Part shown: positions 34,203 through 40,819 of the stretch, in pieces | How the letters are laid out: every line of letters starts with the position of its first letter | Numbering within the stretch: the stretch's first letter is position 1 | Virus record (IMG/VR): IMGVR_UViG_3300029369_000006 | Location: 1 to 40,819 of that record | Length of the DNA stretch: 40,819 bases | Source: a virus | Strand: one strand, 5' to 3' | Notes under the pieces: generated by a model | Databases searched by the model: none | What the model was told of the DNA's origin: nothing | Seen by the model: only the letters and a program-made list of their open reading frames with translations | Made by a program: the position numbers and the translations under genes

Positions 34203-34451
34203 ATGGCGGCAAATATTAAGATAGTGGATGTCAGCTTAATCCCAAACCCGGTTGCTGCCGGGGCAAGCCTTAAAATATCAGTAGAGATCCATAAGAATAT
34301 TTGTTTATTGTCAGATTATGATGATTATCTGCTGGCAGACAGTGACGGCTCCTATATTGATGTACAGAGGGACACGGTGGTCATGCAGGATGGCGATAAT
34401 ATATTGGTAGTTGATGATGATGGTGAATTGATTGAGACAGAGGAGGATTAA
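34203..34451 (+). CDS. hypothetical acidic protein
   Basis: 82 aa. The N-terminal VSLIPNPVAAGASLKISVEI echoes the C-terminal ITLTPNPVDAGKTFVISVEV of 32673..33584. Confidence 0.5.
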   Translation: MAANIKIVDVSLIPNPVAAGASLKISVEIHKNICLLSDYDDYLLADSDGSYIDVQRDTVVMQDGDNILVVDDDGELIETEED

Positions 34452-34454
34452 CAG

Positions 34455-34889
34455 ATGATAGATGAACAAAAAACAAAAAAGATTGAAGATTTTCCGGAAA
34501 ATGCAGAACCGGCAGATACAGATTATTTCCTTAATGCGACGGGGAATGTAATGAAAAAAACAAAAGTGTCGCAGCTGATCACTTGGCTGAAGGAGAAACT
34601 GGGGATTAATGCACTAAACACGAAAATGAATGATTATGTTACTATTAAAAATTTTACTCAAAAAATAACTCTGAAAAGTGGTATTGCGACTGTAAATATC
34701 AGTGCTGCATTAGATGGTTATATACTTTTAGGAATCGTGCGTTGCAGTTTCGCGAGTAGTTATTTAACTACGACTGGATATACAGTAAGTGGAAATAATT
34801 TATCACTTAATGTACGAGACATTTCGGCACCTACGACTGCCACAGCGTCGGTAAACTGCTATGTAACAGCATTGTATGTTAAAAAATAA
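34455..34889 (+). CDS. hypothetical protein, candidate receptor-binding tip
   Basis: 144 aa and the last structural-region gene before the lysis genes. Its 3' two-thirds are visibly A+T-rich. Confidence 0.45.
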   Translation: MIDEQKTKKIEDFPENAEPADTDYFLNATGNVMKKTKVSQLITWLKEKLGINALNTKMNDYVTIKNFTQKITLKSGIATVNISAALDGYILLGIVRCSFASSYLTTTGYTVSGNNLSLNVRDISAPTTATASVNCYVTALYVKK

Positions 34890-34932
34890 ATTGTTTAATT
34901 TGCGCCGGCGTAGCCGGAGAAAGGATAAAAAT

Positions 34933-35397
34933 ATGAAAGAAAATTATATCAAAGCATTTTTTACAGGGGTATTTGCATTGATCAGTTCAATGCTTGGTGT
35001 GCTGACGATTCCGGTGATCCTGATGGTAGCATGTAATGTGCTTGATTATGCCACAGGATTAATGGCATCTACATACCGGTCACAGGACATTAACTCTTAT
35101 AAGAGTATCAGAGGAATCATGAAAAAGGTATGCATGTGGCTTCTGGTAGTGGTGGGAGCGGTAATTGACCAGTTGCTTTTATATGCATCCCAGACCGCAG
35201 GTATTACCTTACCATTTACGTTTCTGGTAGCCTGCATTGTAGCAATATGGATCATCTGCAATGAGATCATCAGTATATTGGAAAATATTAAAGATATGGG
35301 AGTTGCAATTCCGGCATTTCTTTTACCGATTGTAGAGCATGTGAAATCACAGGTAGAGGATAAAGCAGATATAAATAAAGATTCAGGGGGCGAGTGA
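34933..35397 (+). CDS. holin (Phage_holin_4_1 / toxin-secretion holin family)
   Basis: Start is the ATG at 34933. It has several TM helices and the LDYATGLMAS...SYKSIRGIMKKV motif. It lies immediately upstream of the endolysin. Confidence 0.85.
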   Translation: MKENYIKAFFTGVFALISSMLGVLTIPVILMVACNVLDYATGLMASTYRSQDINSYKSIRGIMKKVCMWLLVVVGAVIDQLLLYASQTAGITLPFTFLVACIVAIWIICNEIISILENIKDMGVAIPAFLLPIVEHVKSQVEDKADINKDSGGE

Positions 35398-35424
35398 TCG
35401 TCCTCTTTTTTAATGGAGGTACAT

Positions 35425-36861
35425 ATGGAAATAAAAGGTATTGATGTCTCTGCATGGCAGGGCAAGATCGACTGGAAAAAGGTAGCTGATTATGGTATGG
35501 GCTTCGCTATTCTCCGGATCACAGAAGCAGGAAACATAGTAGATAAATATTTTGAAGCAAACCTGACCGGATGCAATAAACACAAGATCCCTGTTGGAGT
35601 GTACAAATATTCCTATGCTATGACTATCGCGGAGATCCAGAGCGAAGCCCGCAAGGTAGTCGCAACTCTGAATGGCCGGAAAATCCAGTTCCCGGTATTC
35701 CTCGATCTGGAATATCATAACCAGAGGACACTCGGAACTGAGAGTATCCACAAGATGGCGGATGCCTTCCGGAAGATCATTGAGGCGGCAGGATACAAGT
35801 TTGCAATCTACTGTAATGTAGACTGGTATGTAAATGTAATCTGTAGTCATCTGAAAAAACATGACTTCTGGATTGCCCGCTATCCGGCGAATGACAACGG
35901 AACCCTGCAGGAAAGACTCCAGCCGGATTTTGGAATCGGATGGCAGTATTCCAGTAAAGCAACGATTCCAGGAATCTCCACAAAAGTAGACCGGAATGTT
36001 TTCTATAAAGATTACGCAGAAACAAAAGCAGAACCAAAGAAGGAGGAAACAACGGTGGCAACAAAAATAAAACTGCAGAAATTTAATGACCTCGGTGATT
36101 TTTATGCCGGTGAAGGAACTGGTAAACCGTATCTGGAAAAAGGTACACTTGCATATCTGGATGATTTCCAGCGTAATGCAGGCTACAACAATTACACGCT
36201 GTTTGCCCGTGATATCAATAACTTAGGCCAGCCGGGATGTCAGGGACAGCCATGGTGCTCAGTATATCAGTTCTGGAAACTGGTAAAAGTATTCGGACTG
36301 AGTAAGGCGCTGGAAATCATGGGCGGAGGTTTCTACAACTGCCAGAGCGTCACACGACATGCAAAAGCAAACGGTACATGGAAGAAGACACCAAAGAAAG
36401 GTGCGTTGATCGTCTTCCGAAACGGTGCACATATTGGTTCTGTACGGAAGTATGATACTACTTACGTATACACCAATGAAGGTAACACTTCCAGTGCACC
36501 AGGTGTTGTTGCCAATGGCGGCGCATGCCGGAACAAAAAATATAAGCTTACAGATTCCGCAATTGACGGATATGTCTGGATTGATTACGGTGCAACCGCA
36601 GATCAGACATCAACAGCGGTTGCGGTTAAATTGAACAAGACACCGAAGTATGTAGCAAAAGTCACAGCAACAGAACTCAACGTGCGTTCCTGGGCTGGTG
36701 CAGAGAAGCCGAAGATTAAGAAGTGGCCACTTCTGAAGAAAGGAAATCTGGTGGATGTCTGTGATACCATCAAGGCAGCCGACAAGTCAAAATGGAACTA
36801 CATCCGGATTGCCGGAAAGTATTATGGATTTGTTGCAAAGAGATATCTGAAGAAACAGTAA
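35425..36861 (+). CDS. endolysin: GH25 muramidase + CHAP amidase/peptidase + SH3b
   Basis: IKGIDVSAWQGKIDWKKV...FLDLEY marks the GH25 domain. QPWCSVYQ...GAHIGSV...EGNTS marks the CHAP domain (Cys/His). The C-terminal LNVRSWAGAEKP...GNLVDV...WNYIRIAGKYYGFVAKRYL marks the SH3b domain. Confidence 0.9.
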   Translation: MEIKGIDVSAWQGKIDWKKVADYGMGFAILRITEAGNIVDKYFEANLTGCNKHKIPVGVYKYSYAMTIAEIQSEARKVVATLNGRKIQFPVFLDLEYHNQRTLGTESIHKMADAFRKIIEAAGYKFAIYCNVDWYVNVICSHLKKHDFWIARYPANDNGTLQERLQPDFGIGWQYSSKATIPGISTKVDRNVFYKDYAETKAEPKKEETTVATKIKLQKFNDLGDFYAGEGTGKPYLEKGTLAYLDDFQRNAGYNNYTLFARDINNLGQPGCQGQPWCSVYQFWKLVKVFGLSKALEIMGGGFYNCQSVTRHAKANGTWKKTPKKGALIVFRNGAHIGSVRKYDTTYVYTNEGNTSSAPGVVANGGACRNKKYKLTDSAIDGYVWIDYGATADQTSTAVAVKLNKTPKYVAKVTATELNVRSWAGAEKPKIKKWPLLKKGNLVDVCDTIKAADKSKWNYIRIAGKYYGFVAKRYLKKQ

Positions 36862-36873
36862 TATAAGAAGAAA

Positions 36874-36899
36874 CTCCGGCAGGTACCCGTCTGCCGGAG
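36874..36899. terminator. G+C-rich hairpin at the end of the late operon (bidirectional-terminator-like)
   Basis: A 9-bp stem pairs CTCCGGCAG with CTGCCGGAG around an 8-nt loop. The T-run is on the minus-strand side. Confidence 0.5.
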
Positions 36900-37040
36900 A
36901 AATATTGTATCATCTTAAAAATGTCAATTTTTTGCATTATAGGGTATGGAAGTCCGGGCCAGCAGAAAGATGCTGTCTAAAATGCTCAGTTTTCCTTGTT
37001 TTATAAGGCTTTTTAGGCTTTATATATAGCTTATTATTAT

Positions 37041-37088
37041 ATTATAGGGTATTGCACTCTGGTGGACTGGACTGTAATACCCTATAAT
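37041..37088. repeat. perfect 13-bp inverted repeat with 22-bp spacer: candidate attP core for the serine integrase
   Basis: ATTATAGGGTATT (37041-37053) pairs with AATACCCTATAAT (37076-37088). A third direct copy, ATTATAGGGTAT, lies at 36936-36947. The site is 66 bp from the integrase stop codon. Confidence 0.5.
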
Positions 37089-37153
37089 AGTGCCACAAAG
37101 CCTGTATTTATGCGGGTTTCAGGCACTTTATAAGGGAGAAGAAGGGATTAAAA

Positions 37154-38572
37154 TTACGATACGATAATGTCAAAGTACATTTTGCCGGATTCTTTGTCAT
37201 AGACAATCTGGTCAACAATTGTCCGTATCAGGGTTCCTTTTTCTTCATAACTCACATCTGGATTTTTCAAAATGTCATTCACGGATTTGATTTCGTGGAG
37301 GACATCATCTTTATTCAATTCTTTTTCTTCCTGCTCCTTTTGCAGTGTTTCCAATTCATTTTCGAGCTGCAGGCGGTTATTGATCAGGCGGTCTTTGTTG
37401 GCTTTGTATTCTTCCAGCGTGTCAATTCCACTTTCGTATGCATCCCGGATCCGATTCTCTCTGGTGGAGAGTTTGGACAACTCCCTTTGAATTTGTTCAA
37501 TTGCAGCAGTGTTGTCTGCAGTTGGTTCATCCTTACGGATGTATGTAAAGTCTGCTCCTGAAAGAATCTGATCAAAATATGTGATCACAGCTTCTTCTGC
37601 CTTTCTTACAGACAGAGCAACGGAAGTCTTGTGAAATCCTTTTGCATATTTCCAGCACTGGAAGTATGGACACTTGCCATTTCCAGTGTAGGAGAGGGTA
37701 GCGCCACAGACAGAGCATTTCAGCAATCCGGATAACCAGTGCTTGCACGTGGAAACATTCCGGGTTTTCATGGGACGTTTCCGGGATGCAATCAATCGCT
37801 GCCTCCGGTCAAAACGTTCCTTCGAGATTCGGACTTCATGCGCACCCTCGAACTCTACCCCGTTCCATGACACGATTCCACAGTAAAAAGGATTCTGCAG
37901 GATCCGGTCAATGGTCCGCCGCTCAAAAGGATTTCCCCGTTTGGTCTTATACCCCAGATCATTACATTTCCTTGCAATGGCAGTTTCATCCATGTTCTGG
38001 TTATCATACAGATCCATGATATAAGATACCATAGCATACTCGGCTTCATTGATCTGGTAGGGCTTTCCATGTCCGACAGCTTCATAGCCGAGACAAGGAG
38101 AGGACTGGTAGCCATTTCGGAGAGCTTTTTCTTTCATGCCTCGCAGGACTTCACCGGAGAGCCGGATAGAGTAGTATTCATCCATCCATTCAATGATGCG
38201 CTCGATCAGCGTGCCAAAAGGACCGTCCACAAGGGGCTCAGATACGCTTATTACCTCCACATGATCTTTCTTGAGCATACTCTTGTATACGATAGATTCC
38301 TCCTGATTACGGGCAAATCTAGAGTATTTCCAGACCAGTATCACATCAATCGGATGCGACGGCTGTTTGGCAATGCCAATCATACGCTGAAACTCAGGAC
38401 GCTTTTGCACATGCCGGCCGGACACGCTCTCAGAAAAGATAAAATCATTGGAAATAATGATGCCGTTCTTTTTGGCATAGTCCAGCAGCAGACGCTTCTG
38501 AGCATCGGGAGAAAGTTCTGCCTGATCATCTGTGGAGACACGGATATACAAAGCTCCAATACGATCACTCAT
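37154..38572 (-). CDS. int: large serine recombinase (integrase)
   Basis: The N-terminal resolvase domain YIRVSTDDQ carries the catalytic Ser. Also present are the VWKYSRFARN motif, a recombinase domain, a zinc ribbon (CSVCGATLSY...CPYFQC) and a C-terminal coiled coil. Confidence 0.95.
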   Translation of the reverse strand: MSDRIGALYIRVSTDDQAELSPDAQKRLLLDYAKKNGIIISNDFIFSESVSGRHVQKRPEFQRMIGIAKQPSHPIDVILVWKYSRFARNQEESIVYKSMLKKDHVEVISVSEPLVDGPFGTLIERIIEWMDEYYSIRLSGEVLRGMKEKALRNGYQSSPCLGYEAVGHGKPYQINEAEYAMVSYIMDLYDNQNMDETAIARKCNDLGYKTKRGNPFERRTIDRILQNPFYCGIVSWNGVEFEGAHEVRISKERFDRRQRLIASRKRPMKTRNVSTCKHWLSGLLKCSVCGATLSYTGNGKCPYFQCWKYAKGFHKTSVALSVRKAEEAVITYFDQILSGADFTYIRKDEPTADNTAAIEQIQRELSKLSTRENRIRDAYESGIDTLEEYKANKDRLINNRLQLENELETLQKEQEEKELNKDDVLHEIKSVNDILKNPDVSYEEKGTLIRTIVDQIVYDKESGKMYFDIIVS

Positions 38573-38748
38573 AATATCACCTCGGTTTTATAAAAATATG
38601 TAAAATTGGGTACAAAAATAACAGCCACACAAATGTTTGGGTTGTGCGACTGCTCCGAAGATGATACAATATCTTTGCAAAATGAGCATCTCTTCGGAGA
38701 TCTGAGCCGGTTCAGTGTTGGTAGCACTGGATCGGTTTTTTATTGCTT

Positions 38749-39093
38749 TTATTTATTTTTTATAAGTGATACAATTGCCAAAATTACATTGATCAAGCAC
38801 CAAGTAGCCCATATGTACAAATCTGAATAACTTCCAGCTAATCCATAGCCTAATAACGCACCGATGCCGAAAAGAACAATAAGAGCAATATTGCTGCTCT
38901 TGCCGCCTTTACGTGTTGCAATAGATACAATTCCGCCCGCTAAAAGCATAATCGCAACAATGATACCAGCGGAACCACCGACTTCTCCGGTCTCACCAAG
39001 AGTGTTGCCGATTCCTACAGCGCAGGATTGAAATGCAACCATAATAAATAATACGATTGACAAAATCCCTGATACAAGTTTCCATGTTTTCAT
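38749..39093 (-). CDS. small polytopic membrane protein (superinfection-exclusion candidate by position)
   Basis: The ATG at 39093 lies 8 nt after AGGAGG. 114 aa with three or four predicted TM segments. It lies between the integrase and the metalloprotease. Confidence 0.65.
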   Translation of the reverse strand: MKTWKLVSGILSIVLFIMVAFQSCAVGIGNTLGETGEVGGSAGIIVAIMLLAGGIVSIATRKGGKSSNIALIVLFGIGALLGYGLAGSYSDLYIWATWCLINVILAIVSLIKNK

Positions 39094-39121
39094 AAAGAAT
39101 TCCTCCTTCATATTGTTTTTA

Positions 39122-39589
39122 TCATTCAGCAGCAACAAACTTTATCACTGCAAATGGTTCGAAATATATCACATAATTATCAACAATTGTATATTGACCG
39201 TATTTTGCATGATAGCAATTTATTACATTTCTCAGATATTCTTCCGTCACATCCAGGTATTCAGCCATTTCATACAAATTCCGGCAGCCTTCTTCATAGG
39301 CACTGATCAGACCGGTAAGCCCCACCTTTAAGTTGTAACCATACAACCTAGCACGATATTCTTGTTTACGGTTCATGATGTCAGTCTGATCCAGGATGTC
39401 TCCGGAGCTGGTGCAGTGATGACCGATTTCCTCTGCAAGTACACAGGATTTTTCTACCTGAGTCATATCTTCGTTGAGAGCAACAGTACCATTGCAATAT
39501 AATCCTTTGATATTGCTACTCTTAAAAGGATATTCGATAATTTCTATACCGTCTTTGCAGGCTTGAATCTGTAATTCTTCGTAATTCAT
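39122..39589 (-). CDS. ImmA/IrrE-family metalloprotease-like protein (candidate anti-repressor protease)
   Basis: 155 aa. The motif VLAEEIGHHCTS sits in the HExxH position, followed by RKQEYRARLYGYNL. It lies in the lysogeny module. Confidence 0.7.
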   Translation of the reverse strand: MNYEELQIQACKDGIEIIEYPFKSSNIKGLYCNGTVALNEDMTQVEKSCVLAEEIGHHCTSSGDILDQTDIMNRKQEYRARLYGYNLKVGLTGLISAYEEGCRNLYEMAEYLDVTEEYLRNVINCYHAKYGQYTIVDNYVIYFEPFAVIKFVAAE

Positions 39590-39649
39590 GAAAACACCTC
39601 CCGCTCAAGTATATCATTTCGGAAGTACGAAAATCTGTACAACCATAAT

Positions 39650-39928
39650 TTAACAAAAGTAACGTATTTCACCAAAATATTTAAGCCATGCACGGATTAC
39701 ATCATCGTGCCGCGCCTCGATCATACGCATTATATTTCGAAGTGTATGATTAGGAATGCGTGAATTATTATTGCAAAGCAAACAATGCCCTGTGCTGGTT
39801 ATCCATATTTTAGTTGCATTTGCAGTAGGTGCACCTTTGGCAACATGTATATGAACCGGTTCAAGTGGTTCATTTTCGTTTGTCCAAAAATAAATCCAAT
39901 ATTCGCCAAACCTAAAAATTTGAGGCAT
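39650..39928 (-). CDS. DUF4160-family protein
   Basis: 92 aa. The N-terminus MPQIFRFGEYWIYFWTNENEPLEPVHIHV is typical of DUF4160. A GGAGG SD precedes the start. Confidence 0.7.
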   Translation of the reverse strand: MPQIFRFGEYWIYFWTNENEPLEPVHIHVAKGAPTANATKIWITSTGHCLLCNNNSRIPNHTLRNIMRMIEARHDDVIRAWLKYFGEIRYFC

Positions 39929-40184
39929 TGTTGAAGCCTCCTTCCTGCGAAAACTCCATAATCAGATGTGCCATAGAATGGATGATCTCATCAAATCGAT
40001 CAATTTCTTCATCTGAATATTGGAAGATGTCTTCCCATTCATAAGCAGGAAGCCAACAGGTGGCATGTTTAAAGCAATATTTTTCATCTGGAGTTTCGAT
40101 ATAAACTTTTACTTTTCCATCTGGATTCATTTCAGAATGTGTAATTTCTGTGTCATCATTAAGCGTCATAAATGGATACATCAT
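39912..40184 (-). CDS. 90-aa hypothetical protein, overlapping partner of the DUF4160 gene
   Basis: The ATG at 40184 lies 8 nt after AGGAG. Its 17-nt 3' overlap with the DUF4160 gene start suggests translational coupling. Confidence 0.6.
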   Translation of the reverse strand: MMYPFMTLNDDTEITHSEMNPDGKVKVYIETPDEKYCFKHATCWLPAYEWEDIFQYSDEEIDRFDEIIHSMAHLIMEFSQEGGFNNASNF

Positions 40185-40292
40185 AATAAAAGCTCCTTTC
40201 TGATTCTGCATAGAATATTATTTTGGTCTGACAAATATTATATGTCAATGTACCAGCGCATCCAAATCAGATGTGTTTTGTAGATTATGAAT

Positions 40293-40819
40293 TTATTGAT
40301 TATGAGAAATTACGTCTAAAACAGATAATATTTTGTGAGCTTCTTCGAATATCGTTTGATATTCTTTTGAAGATGTTTTTGTTGGTTTTGTTATTAAAGG
40401 AATTAATATACATGGTATGTTAAAATCGTTTAAAGTTACTTTGATATATAAAGATTCGATTTTTTTCTTCTGAGTTTTCTTTCCAGTAATAGCACCTGCA
40501 ATAGCTCCAGCACCTCCGAATACGGCACCGCCAATAAGTGCTTGCCCAACACCTCCACTTGTTACAAGGGAATCATCTTCCAGAAGATCGTAACTTACAA
40601 GGGCAGAAAAAGGAAACCATTTATTGGTTCCGGCTTTTGCTTTTCCACCGGAAATCATTTTTTCAGCAGCTAAAGACATTCCCATTGTACTTACAGCCAT
40701 AAGACCTTTAAAGGATTTTCCGATGATACCTGTTTTTTTACCATTTGTTGGAATGGTACCGTTAATCTGAAACATACGATTATTTTCATCTATTTTAACA
40801 GCACTGACCTTTGATGTTA
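40293..40819 (-). CDS. zinc-ribbon / glycine-zipper protein, C-terminal part (same gene as 1..313 across the junction; about 238 aa in total)
   Basis: ORF-track 40293..40775 starts at an internal Met. The frame continues open to the window edge and joins 313..1 in frame (234 nt separate ATG 313 from the equivalent of ATG 40775). It contains GGVGQALIGGAVFGGAGAIAGAITG. Confidence 0.8.
   Translation of the reverse strand, partial: TSKVSAVKIDENNRMFQINGTIPTNGKKTGIIGKSFKGLMAVSTMGMSLAAEKMISGGKAKAGTNKWFPFSALVSYDLLEDDSLVTSGGVGQALIGGAVFGGAGAIAGAITGKKTQKKKIESLYIKVTLNDFNIPCILIPLITKPTKTSSKEYQTIFEEAHKILSVLDVISHNQ
40697..40819. repeat. terminal direct repeat, right copy (identical to 1-123)
   Basis: See the left copy. 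Confidence 0.97.

Larger units (their letters stand above)
1..40819. mobile_element. complete temperate phage genome (siphovirus-like gene order), circular or circularly permuted representation
   Basis: Full set of lysogeny, replication, packaging, head, tail and lysis modules. Identical 123-bp ends. No host-like flanking genes. Confidence 0.9.

Noticed and set aside
39122-39589. E-E-I-G-H-H instead of H-E-x-x-H as evidence that the ImmA-like protease is inactive
   Set aside because: From memory, the same A-E-E-L/I-G-H variant recurs in small metalloproteinase-motif proteins of lactic-acid-bacterial phage lysogeny modules. It is more likely a subfamily signature than a loss-of-function mutation. 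An alignment would settle it.
40697-40819. Terminal repeats as attL/attR or LTR-like element ends
   Set aside because: The repeat lies within a coding sequence that is only intact when the ends are joined. The integrase is a serine recombinase, which does not generate long direct repeats. A much better att candidate lies next to the integrase.
1-40819. CRISPR arrays, diversity-generating retroelement, retron, transposase/IS elements, rRNA
   Set aside because: I found no regularly spaced direct repeats with unique spacers and no reverse-transcriptase-like ORF. I found no template/variable repeat pair and no transposase motifs or IS-type terminal inverted repeats on either strand.

Overview
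The window is a complete, circularly closed temperate siphovirus-type phage genome, probably from a Bacillota/Clostridia-like host. Bases 1-123 are identical to 40697-40819, so the unique length is 40,696 bp. The linear cut falls inside a gene. The lysogeny module is on the minus strand and wraps the junction. It comprises a large serine integrase (37154-38572), a small membrane protein, an ImmA/IrrE-like metalloprotease, a two-gene DUF4160-type pair, a zinc-ribbon/glycine-zipper protein that spans the junction, and an XRE CI-like repressor (335-661). A divergent CI/Cro switch with reiterated operators sits at 662-851. Everything else is rightward. The early small genes are interrupted by one antisense membrane-anchored gene. 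The replication/recombination module follows: SMC-like ATPase, Sak4-like ATPase, DUF669, SF2 helicase, primase-helicase, an iteron-rich putative origin, and RusA. Next is a cluster of Cys-rich small proteins around a PAPS-reductase/PP-loop enzyme, then a sigma-region-4-like late activator. A roughly 530-bp non-coding stretch holds a tRNA-like gene and tandem terminators. The late region reads TerS, a promoter-bearing RHH/unknown/HNH cassette, TerL, portal, MuF, scaffold, major capsid, connectors, tail tube, chaperones, tape measure, tail tip and Ig-like fibre genes, holin, and a GH25-CHAP-SH3 endolysin. The items most worth follow-up are these. (1) The MuF minor-capsid protein carries an A+T-rich C-terminal extension with a PD-(D/E)xK-like nuclease-toxin signature. 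(2) An orphan PAPS-reductase-like enzyme sits among four Cys-rich proteins. (3) TerL is split by a +1 frame change just before its Walker A motif. (4) An autonomous promoter/RHH/HNH cassette lies between terS and terL. (5) The tRNA-like gene has a defective anticodon stem and sits inside its own terminator-bounded unit. (6) A 13-bp perfect inverted repeat next to the integrase is a candidate attP. (7) Cargo genes are inserted in the lysogeny module. All functional calls rest on motif recognition by eye; no database search was possible.
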